From: Vicugna vicugna
Taxonomy: Eukaryota
Direction: 5' to 3'
Assembly: GCA_013265495.1 (NCBI GenBank)
Contig: MU058387.1
Span: 1,302,001 to 1,366,000 of the forward strand
Length of the DNA: 64,000 nt
The stretch's first letter is position 1. Every line of letters starts with the position of its first letter. Below, in pieces: positions 39,110 through 53,000 of the stretch. The notes under the pieces were generated by a model. The model saw nothing but the letters and a program-made list of their open reading frames with translations, had not been told where the DNA came from and did no database searches. The translations under genes and the position numbers were made by a program.

Positions 39110-41749
39110 TAGTAAGGGGACAATTGCATGCCTATACTGAAATACTATAGAAACAGAAGTTTACAGAGTAATATTCTTTTATGAAGGTACATATATACAT
39201 ATGAAAATGCATAGAAAAAATACCTGAAGGTGGGTGCACATAACTGATGACAAATGTTTTCTTTAGGAGGAGACAGACTTTGTTGATGTGGGGGAGGTGG
39301 TCAAAGTGATGTTCAGCCTATTCCATTTTCATTTGTATAATAGTCAAGTCTGTCATACGATGACCATGGTGGGTCAAAGGAGAAGGATTATTAAATCATC
39401 TTGAGTGATACAGATGATTTTATTCTTATCTCATCTTTATATTCTATCATGATAACTTCTACCACATGTGCACTGCATTTGCAAATCCGTTGCTACCTCC
39501 AGGCAGGAGAAAAAAATATATTTATGCTTTTCAATTCTTGTTAATGTGCACATGCAAAGTTACTCTTCCTACTTTTCAGCAAAGTGGTCATCTTTGCAAA
39601 TTTTGTGACACTTGGCCATAATTGTTTTTGAATGAGTCAGCTAACACAATTGCATTTTTTTCCTTCAATGATTCTGGTATATTCTACCCATCTATTATCT
39701 ATCTCTCTATCTAAAATGCTTTCAATTATTTAAAAATTTGTCTAAAAATAGAACTTGTTTAGGGTTGAAACAAAGAAAGTTTAAACTGTGGTGAGGAAAT
39801 AAACCATCAACCCTCCTCTGAAGATCAAGGCATTCTATCCTTCCCACCTCTCATCAGCTCCACCTTGTGTCATAGCAGAGAAAAAGCAGTCGGTGTTAGC
39901 CAGCTGCAGAAGGCAAATATTGTAGAGTGTGCATTTCCACACTTAGGAAAAGGGGACGTCACTGTCACTTAAATCCGTGAGATAGCAATTAAGATGTGGC
40001 ATCCAAATGCCGCATGGGCAGAATTGATGAATATTTTGGCCTTTAAATCTTAACTTTGAGTAATGTCCCACAGGTAGAGAACTCAGCAGTTGTTATTTGC
40101 AAGGGCTGATCATTCTGATGGGTAGTAGTTTGGGGCTGGTGATGATTGTAGGACGTGGGATGGGATAAAAATATGCCAAAAAACTGAACTTACAAAAAAG
40201 TCAAATGTGAATCTATCCCCCACCATGTGTGGGACTTCAGTAATTACCTTGTGAATTGGATTTAACACTAGACTCATTAGATACATATTAATGTTAATCT
40301 GATGTGCAGGTGTGCACAGATAGATGAATAGCTTACCCATCCGATGAAAGATGAGATCAAAGGGATGAATTTGTAAACTAACACGGTTCATGAAGAATCT
40401 CATGTACTTGGTTCTAGGGGTGGAAAATGAGGGAGAGAAGGGATTGACGAAGGGATAGGCAGAGCCAGATCAAGGAAAACTTTGTCTGCCAGGTTAGGAA
40501 TCTTGGCTTTTATATTGAGATAATAAGTCTTCAGAAGGGAAGACTGATAGTTACATGAAGACTTTCCAAGCAGTACCCGACAGAGATAGTTTTACAGGAA
40601 TCAATTTTGAAACCCGCAGTTCTGAGATCCCAAATTTCCAGTAGTCTCTTCTAAGGCTGCAAGAGAGCGCTCATCACCCGTATCGTCCTTCGCTCACTTG
40701 ACAAAAGAAAGGCGCAGCCCTAACCTTACACACAGAACAAAGAGATTAAATAAATTATTGTCGCAGAAACTCCATTAATGAATGATGGATATGACTTAAA
40801 CTTATTGGTCTTCCCCTTTTCCTTGCATTTTACAGATAAATGTTAAGAGTGTTGGAATGTTCTGAATTCAAAGGACTTTTACATTAGGCGAACCTGAACC
40901 TGATTCTTTTAAACCTACTAAATTTTTGTCTGAGATGACCAAATTTCTCAAGATGTATTAAGTATAGCCCAAGGATAAAAAAAATAAATGTGCAATATTC
41001 TTTAAGATAGGCTGTGCATTATTCAATACTATATTTAAAACTCGTTTTATCAAAGTATAAAATATTTATTCTGATTACAGTAAATCCTTATTTCATCTTA
41101 GAACACATTTAACACCCTTATCTCCCATTAACCAAAAATAAACTTCTAAAATTGTGGTGAAATATTTAAGATTGTCAGCAATTCTTTGAGGGAGAATGAA
41201 GGCAAAATATTTTGAAGACTGCTATTGAGGTCTTCAGGGAAGAATCTCAAGGCACTAAATGGCTAAAAATGTGGATTTGATCATTGAACTTACCCTTGGG
41301 GGCACTGTGAGGTAGCAGAGGAAGTTCTATCATGACACATTCAGCATTTAAAAAGTGTCACAAAATCGAAGAGCAGATGAAAACGCTGCTTCTGAGTCTC
41401 CTCCAGGTGCACACCCTTAAGTTAGCTGATTAAGTAGAGAGTTTCTAGCACCTCCAGGATGAGGTGGGCAGTGTGAACATGGCAGCTCTGTGTCTTTTAT
41501 TCCAGTACTGTGTAAGTTACGATCCAGTGTTCATTATTATTCTTAAGTTAGAGTATATCAACTTTGGAAGGAAGGTCTACAGGAAACAAAATTTATGCAA
41601 TGCTTTTATAGAAAATAATATTCATTTTCTGGAAAGTGGGTCCATTATTTGCAGGATAAAAGAGAAAGTCCCAGATCAAAAATAAGAATGACTGTCACAG
41701 GCTCTTAATTGCATCGTGAAGAGAATCATCCTGCCCATCACCACCTTAT

Positions 41750-41855
41750 CTCCTCTGCTTCTTTTTCTCCTCCTCCTCCACCTCTTCCTCCTTCTTCTTT
41801 GTCATCTTCTCTTCATCTTCATCTTCTTCCTCTTTCTCTCCTTCTCTTTTCTTTA
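41750..41855. repeat. Pyrimidine-rich (CTC/CTT) low-complexity tract
   Basis: About 100 nt almost entirely C/T on the + strand. Confidence 0.9.
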
Positions 41856-42565
41856 GTTGTGTCTGAAAACAACTTACGATGATAATTACCTCTCTGTAAT
41901 TTCACATTCTGAGGATTTTGCCCTTCATTCTTCCTCCGTGGAACATTCCTCAGAGATCTCCTCTCATGGCCCCCCTGCAATATACTTGGTTATGTCTAGA
42001 GATGTAAGGCATACATCACGATGTTACGGAAAGTCTAGCTCTCTAATAGAAAGTGTGGTGGCTCACAAACGGAGAGAGTACAGGGGTCCTCTGGTAGTCA
42101 CCATTACCAGATATTGGCAAAGCTAATGGATGTTCACCCCACATCCTGCATCTTTAAGAACTTTCAAAAGACAAAATGCCTGCAAGATTTTTTTTTTAAC
42201 ACCGATTCTGAACCTCAACTGTCTAAGCAAACAATAAAGAATGGTTGTTTTAAAGCTAAAATTGGGAAGTACTTCCTGTGGCTTAAAAATAGAATGGACT
42301 TTTCTTTTTTTAAACTGAAAACTACAATTGTGAAATAATTCACTGGTGATTGAAAGAAGAGTGAAAATAGTGAATAACTCTTGTTTTGAAGAAGTAAGCC
42401 TGTGCCTGATGAAGATGTGACTGTTTTGAGAAATCAGTACTGATGGGAAAGTTTGGCTTATATATTTTTTTATTTTAACTTACATGTATTTTTTGTTTTG
42501 TTTTGTTATTTTGGTTTCTATGAGAATGCTTACTTTCTCAGAACATTTTTTACTGTTTATCAGAT

Positions 42566-42651
42566 TCCTTTCTTTCTCTCTCCTTTTCTTTCTTTCTCTC
42601 TCCTTTTCTTTCTTTCTTTCTCTCTCCTTTTCTTTCTTTCTTTCTTTCTTT
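42566..42651. repeat. Polypyrimidine minisatellite/(CTTT)n
   Basis: Three copies of 'ttctttctctctccttttct' grading into (cttt)n. Confidence 0.9.
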
Positions 42652-45600
42652 GGAAATGTATAATTAAATACAATGCTACCATTTATCTCCTGCTGCTATG
42701 ACTTATGTTTCAAATTAAAATTTTTTGTTTGATATTCAAAATTTTATTGAAGCACAAAGTCTCCTTGAATAACTCAATACATAAGATCAAAATTGACATT
42801 TTGCTTTCAGAAAAATCATTATCCTGAATCACGTCAAAGAATGATGGCTTGGAGTTGTTGACTGACTTACCTGCCATTTCTTTTGTGTTGTGTTGTGTAA
42901 GAAAATATGACTTTCTAGTCTTAACAGAGAAGTTAAAATGAAATTTCACTGTCACTGCGAATCAAAAGCAAAGCTCTGGTTCCAGGTAAGAATCAGAACA
43001 GCTTGGAGATTAGACAAATTCTTCAAAAAAGCTTTCCTAGCATACTTAAGTAATTGATTAGTAAGTATGCCCATGTTGCATTTTGAGTGTCAAAGAGAAA
43101 AGTAAATCTATGCAGCAGTATCTGCTCACCATACATAAACCCTCATAAAGTCATGCTTTTGGCTGTTTAGTGTAAGACCCTAAAATATAATGAATGATAT
43201 GGTGAGCAAGTTATTATTTCTCAGATTAATACAAGGGGGAAAAAATCAGTCACTAAAATCTCTCTTACTCTGGGAGTGTGGTATTATCTAATAGTTAACT
43301 GCAAATGTTAATGCAAAATGTCAGTGTGAATTGTCAAGGTTGTAAGGAAGTATATTAATGCTCCATAAGAGCTCGTATTATGTAGCATACAATACAGCAC
43401 TCTCAATTCAAAAGCTTATTTCAAAAGAAGATAATTCTGAATTATATTTTTGTCTCTGTGCTGTGACAGCCTGAACGGAATATGTTCTTTGCTTTTCATT
43501 CGAAAAATGAAACTTGTGTCAGTTCATCCGAGGGGAAAAGAATGGGAATGGAAAGCATCCCAGGGAGTTTAGGACCATATTAGAGTCTAAATTAAATATC
43601 AATTTCGCCTCTAATGTGAGCCATGGTTTAGCTGCACAGAGGTGGAGTTCAGCTAAAGCAGGAGCTAACGTCCCTGCTCTGCTCCTGGAACGCCAAAGGC
43701 AGAACATTCAGCACCCCATCAGGCAGTACTCCCACGGAGCTAATAGATTTAGCAGAAATGAAAAGTAATGCGACCCCTGAAATTGAAAAGCTTGCTGGCA
43801 AGGTAGAAATACCATAACCCTGGGATTTTTCTAGTCTTGATTCTATGGCCAACTCATAGAAGTTTGGCGCTGCCGAAGACCACCTAGTAAGACACAGGCT
43901 TTTCAGAGTAAGAATCCAAGACTCAAAAGCTTTATCATTTGGCCAGGCTTGCGGAGTGACTGTGGGACTGCAGAGAACTCACTGAAGGGAGGACAGTTGG
44001 GAGTGGTGAACACTGAAATTTCCAGGGTGAACGGGAAAGAAATGTTGCAGTTGGTAATTTTCACATTTGTTTACAGGATTCCTCTCTTTCTCTTTCCTTC
44101 TCTTGCTCTCTTAGGAAATGGTGTCATTAAATACAACACTGCTGTTGATCTGCTGCTGCTACATTTTATGTTCATGAATATAGATTTTTGTTTAAAATTA
44201 AGATATATGTTGAACTGCAAATTCATCATGAATAACCATATACTTGAGATCAAAGTTGACATTTTTGCTTTGAGAAAATCATCACCTTCAATCAAGTAGG
44301 CTATTTTGGGGAGGTCACAGGTGAGGTCACCAGGGAAGATGGAACAGAGCTACACAACTGTACTAGTTGTAAGCTGAGTCACTGAATTTGATAACCAGAA
44401 GCTATTAAGAACAATTATAAGAAGATGCCCCATTTACAAGTTTGTAAATTGAAAAATGAATTTAGCAATTTCTACATAATTCCTTAGTTACGAAGGTATA
44501 AATCCTATATAATATTGTTGCCATAATATTCACGTTTGATCATAAAGACCAAAGGGACTCTAGTTTTATGTGTCTGCATAGAGAGAAAGAGATTGCTAAA
44601 GGTGGCAAAGGAGTTGGTAAACCCAATGGAGAAGAGAGATCAAAATGCAGCAAACCCAGAGCACAATTCAAGTCGCCATTTGCTTAACAAACTTCTGACA
44701 GCCTGAGGGACAATCCCCCTTAAACTTTTCCTTCCTAAAGACTAGGAGATGTATTCCTTGCCAACAGTATAGTCAATGCAACAGTCAGTTTTGGTGAAGC
44801 CTTTCCCTTTATCTGCCTCAATAGTTCAGTGAGCTCCAATTTTGTACATTTTTAATCATACTAGTTTAGATTACCTAGCAATTGAGTACATGACTAATAA
44901 TTGCAATTATTATAGAAAATTTGCTACATTTTACAACCAAACATTTGAGATTTTGTTAGTCAGCATCAGGGGTGCTTGATTTAAAGAGGCCAGTTGCCTG
45001 AATTTGCTTCCCTAATAATAACTGTTAGATGATAAATTGTTTTGATTGAAAAGCCTTTATGCTACTCATACGGTTATTAAAATTTCTGACTATGCCTAAG
45101 ACATTTCTTGCGATAAACTTCTGACTTCAGAGCAGCTAAATTTTATGACGTTCCTATGGGTAAATATACAAATACATACATATTCCAATCATCTATAAAA
45201 GAGATGGATACTAGTAATAAAATAATTATAAGCACTACAGTAAATTATTAGCACAGTAATTAGAATAGGAAAATTGGACACCATTCAAATTAGTAATGAT
45301 TATTCCGATTTGTTTCATTTATGTTTTATACATTTACCGACAGTGCCTTCATCAGGATACTTTAAATGTAGGTTGTTTATTGTTGAAACACAGAGACAAA
45401 CACACACACATTGTCGGAGCCAGCCGACAATCGATCAGGTCCAGAAACCTGTGCTGCAGGACTGAGAAAAGGAAAGACGTAACAAATAGACAGCAAGACA
45501 AGACAAGTTGGGGTTGAGAGGGTAGGCTGCTCTCCGTCACGAGCGGCTCCCCGCAACACATGTACACACATATATACATGTATATACAAACACATGCAAA

Positions 45601-47889
45601 TATAGCTTTTTAAACCTACTTTTTAAAATCTAGAAATACAAAGAAAATAAAAGATAACGTAGCTGAATTATAATTTTGCTTCACTTGCATCAAGTCATAA
45701 GATGCCCTCTTAAGAAACTTGGTTCCAAGAGATTTTCCCTTAGAATTAGTAGAATTAAAGTGGAGAATTTTGTTGGTCACACTGTATTTTATAAAGGTCA
45801 GAAGGAATAGAGGGTTTACTGTTGTCCATTGCAGAACACTGGCAAGATCATTAATTAAAACATTTTTCAAAAAGCTGCACTTACATGTTAAAGCCATCCA
45901 AAGACTATGTTTAATTTATGCTCCGTTAAGGCATGAGGGTTTATATGTCTATCTATTACACTACTGACACCAGTTCTAATAGCACCTGCCATTTACAATA
46001 CCTGGGAGATACTGAGCAGTTTATTAAAGTGCTTATTTTCACTACTAGGAAATCTGATCACTAGCTCTTTTTCTAGTGTTATTTGGAAGGCAAAAAAAAA
46101 ATGCATTTTCTCTAGATTAGATATGGAGGTCATTTATCTTTGTAGTAGATGTAGATTTACCCTTATTGTTTCAATATATCAAAAAAAGTAGGATTATAAA
46201 AGTTGCTTAATAAAAGGAATCTGCAGAAAGTGCAGAGTCGCGTGCACACTGCCAGGGGATATTTGTTCAGGAGAATAAATTGGAACGTTCAAAGCACCCC
46301 CATCCATGTCTCTAGATCTCTCGTTTTACTTGTCTTTTTCATTACTTTTAAGCAAAACCATTGAAATTGGAAAACACAGGTGTCTTCAGAAATCTAGATT
46401 TCTACACGAAGCTGCTTCTGTGTGGCTTGTTTTGTTATTAGCAAGCATAACACCAAGCTTAAGGGAAATTAAACTTTATTTTTCTTGGCTAATAGAGATA
46501 AGTAGCAGCTTGAACAAAAGAAATCAGTAGAACCTTTTTCAGTACTTTTGGAATCAAACGTTCTTAGATACTAAATATACTTCCAATGAATCCAGGGTAT
46601 TCTGGAATATCAAACCATATCATAACTGTTAACAAAACTTGAATATCATTTCCCTCCAAATGAATCTCCGTAACGTGGGTCATCATAACAATCAACATCT
46701 GTCGACACTAATAACAATAAAATAACAGTGTCGATAATCATCATGTATTGCATGCTGTCTATATGCAAAATGTTGTGTCAAGTCCTTTACTTAGAACCTA
46801 TGACCCCACCAAGACAACAACACCGTGGGGTTCATGGTAGTCACCACCAACTACAATTCCATACTTCTGTTAGTTTATCAATCTCCTTTTCTTTAACTTT
46901 TTATAGTTATCTCACTTTCTATCCTGCAAGGACTCAAAAATCAAGTGATACTTTTGCTTTGATTTCCCCAAAACGTGGTTTATAAAGGCAACAATTTGCA
47001 ATCCAGCTGTCATGCTACACTGTGGGTTAATTTGCTGGACATTACAGCAAAACACATCCATGTGATAAAAATATTCCAGGCTTTAAAATTCTTGCCCTTT
47101 CCTCTAATTATTTCTGGCACAATTCTTATCTTTGGTCTTGATGTGTGCTCAGAAATTCAAAAGCCCTTATAATTTTCGTGCAGAACAATTCAGCTCTCTT
47201 TCTACAATAAAGAATATATACATGCCCTGATGAAGTCCTGTGCTTTAAATTAGTTAAAAAAAAAAATAACAACAGCACAAAGCCTCCACTGCGACATTTA
47301 GGAAAATAAATGTATTTAATTCTGATTCTAGCATTTAGTGATAAAGCAAGCTTAATCTAGATCTGTTACAAAATAAATCTATTTCTACATCAGTAGCCTA
47401 ATTCAGTTGGTCTCTGTTAGTTGCAGCTCAAAAAATCAGCTGGAAATATGGTTCAGAGGGAGAGTGATCAAGTTTGCTGTTCCAGATAACATGCCTTCTA
47501 GAGTGGGCTGTGTGGACATTCCCACCCTGTCTGGATCTGGTAGAGGAGTGTAGACTTGGGCAGAGTTCCCAAGGATTCAGAAAGTACCTGCTCCCCCAAC
47601 CTTAGGAACTCTGAGACTACGTAGTTGCTTGTATCTGTCATTTCCATGTCTGCACCTGTAGGTCAAACTATAGTGAACTGCATGAAGTCCCCTTGACTAG
47701 GGAGTGACCTGGACTTGAGACCATGGGCTCTGCATCTATGAAGTGGCATCCTCCCAGAGGAGGTACCTTTTCTCATTCATACAGAGGCACTCGTGGCTTA
47801 TCTGTGCCCCTGAATATTTTGCCTATCATGTGATGGTGAGTGTTACCTGGTGGGGTGCGTGACTCTTGTTTTTGATATTCACTTTTTAA

Positions 47890-48685
47890 TTTTTTTTTAA
47901 TTTTATACTATTTTTAAGGTTTATTTTCCATTCACAATTATTACAAAATATTGGCTATATTTCCCATGTTGTACAATATATATTTGTAGTCTGTCTTACA
48001 CCCAATAGTTTATACCTCCCACCCCACCCCTATATAGCCCCTGCCATCCCACCGGTAACCACTAGTTTCTTCTCTATATCTGTGAGTCTGTTTCTTTTTT
48101 GTCATTTTCACTCCTTTGTTATATTTTTTAGATTCCACATATTAGTGATATCATATGATATTTGTCTTTGTCTTATTTACTTCACTTAGTATGATAATCT
48201 GTAGTTTCATTCATGCTGCTGCAAATATCATTATTTCATTCTTTTTATGGCTAAGTAATATTTCATTATATATATATATATGCACATATACATATACATA
48301 TATCATATCATGTCTTCTTTATTCATCTCTTGATGGACAATTAGGTTGCCTCCATATCTTGACAATTGTAGATAATGCTTCTATGAGCATTGGGGTACAT
48401 ATATCTTTTCAAATTAGTGTTTTTTGCTTTATTTGGATACATACCCAGGAGTAGAAATCCTAGGTCATATGGTAGCTCTAATTTTAGTTTTTGAGAAACC
48501 TTCATACTGTTTTCCACAGTGGTTGCACCAATTTACATTTCCACCAACAGTGGGTGAGGGTTCCTGTTTCTCCGCAACCTTGTCAACATTTGTTTTGATT
48601 ATTATTTTTTTAATGATAACCATTCTGGCAGGTGTGATGTGCTATCTCATTGTGGTTTTGATTTGCATTTCCCTGGTGATTAGTA
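47890..48685 (-). mobile_element. L1 (L1MA/artiodactyl-type) 3'UTR and ORF2 C-terminus
   Basis: 'ttagattccacatattagtgatatcata', 'gttgcaccaatttacatttccaccaacagtg', 'tctcattgtggttttgatttgcatttccctg'. Confidence 0.92.
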
Positions 48686-49271
48686 ATTCGATTCTATTCG
48701 TTTCTAATTGAGGGATGGCACTAGAAATCTTCCTTACGTTCTCTTTGGGTTTCCCATATTTTCAAATATCTTTTATATGGTAGACACCGAAGATGATTCA
48801 ATGAGCTCGAATAACTAAAAGGATGAACCTAGCTCTTATCTCTCAACTTCCTTCCAAAACCCCCTGCATCTCACATATTTTTGGACGTCCCCAGAGAGTG
48901 TCCCACAAACAGGCCCACCAGGTGCTGCAGTGCTGGGCTGAAGGCCGCTTTTGGGGAAAGCCTTCTTCTCCCAGGAGAGTCACGGCATATTGTGCTTTGC
49001 TGTTCTGCCTCTATTCATGGGTGATTAGCAAGCTTTTACTTTGCTGTCTCAAGATCACACATTGGCTTCTTCTCCCAGTAAATTCTCCATAAAATGGTGT
49101 GCCTTTTTTTTAAATTAAATTCTGAGATATAATCTGGAGATATACTCAGATGATAAAACCATGCTTGGAAAGTATACAGTTCTTGCTAACAATTCTAACT
49201 AAAGAGTGCATGAGAGATGAAATAAATGTTTCCCATGACAGTTTTCTGCTGTGAGCACTATGATACAGAAC

Positions 49272-49446
49272 ACTGGTCCTCTACCTACACTGCCTAAGAG
49301 GATCACATGGGAACTCTTAAAATTCTGGATGCTCAGACTGCATCCCAGGCCAATTAAACCAGATGCTCTGCGGTGGAGCAAGGGCATCAGAAATCGGTCA
49401 GGTTTCCCAGGTGATTCTATTATGCAGCTATGGTTCAGAACTACTG
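49272..49446. mobile_element. MER5A-like hAT-Charlie MITE
   Basis: 'atcacatgggaactcttaaaattctggatgc', 'ccaattaaaccaga', 'cccaggtgattctattatgcagc...agaactactg'. Confidence 0.8.
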
Positions 49447-49988
49447 ATGGATGTAGCATTTCATTTTATTTGTGATACAATTAAAAATATGATGGACAAC
49501 AGTTAATAATAGAATGGAAACAATATCTATTATGCTTTTGACATAATAGATATTAAAAACAGATAATAGATTCTACTATTAACAAGAGGATGGAAGTATC
49601 TATTATGCTTATGACATAATAGACAAAAAGTAATCTGACATTAATTAACTAAAGTCTGACCCTCAAATTTGTCTGAAAAATTCAATGTTAAGAAACCTAA
49701 CAATCTTAGCTATTTATTCACTTTAATTTGCTCACATTCTTAAATAAATGATGATATACACACACATATATTTTTATAAGAACAAAATCTTGGCTCTTAA
49801 TAGAGCTCAGTTTCCTGCTGCCTGTTTCCCACTTAATGTCATAATCTTCTGCGACATGACAATTAATTCCTGTGGAGATGATTATAGTTACACAGAGGAT
49901 TATGATTTTAGGAAAGTGATAAACAGCAGGAACAGAATAAGGTCATTTTTGGCTTCTCAAACAATAGCAGCCTGGTAAGAGTGAAAGC

Positions 49989-49989
<1 letters not shown>

Positions 49990-50027
<38 letters not shown>
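49990..50027 (+). repeat. Pure poly(A), 38 nt
   Basis: Direct count. Confidence 0.95.
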
Positions 50028-50030
<3 letters not shown>

Positions 50031-53000
50031 CCTGCAGAATATTTTAAAATAGTATAAAACTGTAGATTTGTTTCTTTTGTGAAAATCAATTAACTCTTTA
50101 AACAGTTATCTGGTGATTGCACCAGCTTAATTACTTAAACAGCTAGTGTTTTGTCAGCTCAAATATTTTACTAGCATTGCTTTAAATTAAGATTCCAAAT
50201 GTACCCTGTAATTTAGATTTATCAGCATCATTATTGTGGATATTGGCTGCCTGTAAATGTTTAGCTTCACAAATACCTCTGACTTCAGAACATTAGAATA
50301 GTGATAAAATAAATTTGGCTTTCATGGAATGCATTCATTTCCCCTGAAGTTTTCAGTATTTGGGTAATAAAGCAAGCGATCTTTTGCTTACATAAGCCAT
50401 ATATTCTTTTGAATGAACAATTTATTCATGTTCTTAATTCCATGGGATGATATTCACAGGGTTATATACAAAGGATCTGCATCTATACTTTCACTTAAAC
50501 ATTATGTTGCTTGACCAACACATTATTAACCACTTACACATCTGGAAAGTGGGTACCATGCTTGGCATGTGACATAGTCTTACACCAAAAATGTCTGAAA
50601 TAGAAGTAGCAGAGATGCAGATCAAGTTGGACTATGAAACAAACAGCATTTCTACCTGCCCTTACCATCTGATGAGTTTGCCATTAAGCGTATTTGAGTA
50701 GCAACAGTTTTTCAGGATTTTTATTTGTCTATCTATGTAACAGACTTTCATAGAGGATGTTTTCTCTTTTGTTTTGTTTTGTTTCAAAAATTTTCAGGAA
50801 AGCATAAGCATTATTCATTAGTTATGCAAACTATAATCACGCTGAAGGATTTAAAATTGTCTTTTTCCAAGAGACTCTGAGTTATCACTCCTAGAAATCT
50901 CAAATGTTATTATCAACAACTGGTTGACTGTTTTTCCCGATTTTGAAATTGCTCTTGAGACTGAAAATAAAAACGTTTATAAACGACTTTAAGGAACCTG
51001 CAAAAATGCATTTTTTGAGACTATTATTTTCCAGTAGAGAGAACTTCCTTTATAATTGCCCAAACATAATTTTCATTCTGAAAGCTTCTTAGCTTTGAAA
51101 ATTTCCTAAATTCTAATTAATTGATTTAAATCTTGTCTCGATGAAAGAATCCAAGCAGATAAGATTAATTTCTTCGTCTCTGACTATCTAACTCACCCAA
51201 GAGGCTATTCCAAAATGCTCAGCACTCAGACCCCTACTGATTATAATTTATATAAATAATCTGTTTCTGTCCAAAAGTACCGAGGAAGTACAACAGATAC
51301 ACAAATCAGTGGGCTGGTGGGAACACAGAGAGCAGACTCTTTCCACGTGGGCTATTATAAAAGCTGATTTAATTATTTCTTTTAGAAGTTTAATATACAA
51401 AAAGTTAACTTTTAGAAATATTCAGACCATTGCCAGATGGCTATGAAAATTGTTTTTCATTAAATTGGACTGTTCACATTTTCCAGGCCCATGAGTCCAA
51501 AGACAGTTTAATCATAGTCAAGAGGGAATTGTAACTCTGGAAAACTAAGCAGAACCCTGTAGCCAGGGCTATAAGGATAATTATAATGAAATAAAACCAC
51601 ATGATTGGGAATCAGCCTACAAGAAGGTAATTCTAGTCTTTCAAAGTCTGACACAAGAGGTTTATCAATAGTGAGCCTTGCGGGAAATCCTGGGTAGGCA
51701 GTTGAAACAAGAAGAGGAAATCTCTTTAGAAGAGAAAGTGATACATATTATCTCTGGGTTGAACATACTACTGAGTTGGGATGATGGTTTCTCATGAAAT
51801 ATTCATTTACCCAGTGAAAGGAACATTTATCACACGCCTCATTCATTATACAAAATTTGGACACCAACTAAGGTGACTTATTTTGAAAACAATTGACCAG
51901 ATGAGTGATGTTTTCGCTTGTATCTTTATTAGGGTTTCTGGAAGGTTCTCCTATTCTCAAACTATTTTGGGAATCCCTCATTGCAAAGCATCTTCCAAAT
52001 CAGTTTCTTAAAAAAAAAAAAAACAAAAAGTAGGATGATAAATTATTGCTTCAGATGTAGAATCCTAAAAGCATCATGAATGAATTCTGTGGGTCAATGA
52101 GATAGTTGAGAATTTATGATTGACAAGTGAAATAGAGCAATTTTCAGACTATGTAACAATTGCATAGCAGTGAGCTCTAAATGCAACCTCCCACAGTACC
52201 CCCGGAGCATGATCAGACTCTCAGGTCCTCTATTGTCCTGCTGCAATGGGGATGTTTGATGGCATCGCTTTGAAATTACCATGGCATTCCTACTGGTGCA
52301 GAAATTAGGGGTCGCTTCTCACAAAAACTAGGCAGGGGATGAGTGTCTGCACCAAGAGAAGATTTAAATAGATCAAATGCTTTCTCTACATTCGCAAATA
52401 CTAATTCCACAGATAGACTAGAGTTGCTAAAAAAATTTTAGTTACTGATAGAGTCAAGGTAGAATCCGTTTAATAACCATCCAAATAATGTCAGAGTTTC
52501 ACAGACATTGGAGAGAGATAAAGTATTTCATAAACAATTAATGAAAAGTACCTACATGCAATTGATACACAGAGTTAGTGGAGAGGCAAAGACTGGCCAC
52601 CTAAGCAGGAGGCCATCGTCCCTCAGGAATATTGTGAGGTCCGTGGAAGCCACTTCCGTCTGTACTAGAAGTACCCTCTCAGTTCTCCTGGTTAAAGCTG
52701 CACCTGACCTTTGTAGAAAACACTTCAGGTCTGACGATAGAAGCTGCTGTCCTTCAACATTCTCATATATGAATATGTAGTTATAATTCTCATTAACGAA
52801 TGGGATTTCAGTAATTCTCAATCAATGACTTTTCCATACTCATAAACATCTTTATTCATTATTATAGCGCACGGTGCTATCATAGTCAAATTTGGGGTCA
52901 TTGCAGTGTGGACACCGTGGTAAACTTCCACTTATAAGCATCTGACTGAAGGAGACCTATATACACTAGCAGCTGGACTGTAATGTATGCATGCTTACAT

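Noticed and set aside
48155..48711. Hydrophobic ORFs of 99 and 95 aa (similar ones at 18257-18640, 33583-33810, 34908-35165)
   Set aside because: Antisense translations of L1 sequence.
52508..52821. Overlapping ORFs of about 90 aa on both strands
   Set aside because: No recognisable domain or exon boundaries; length within chance.
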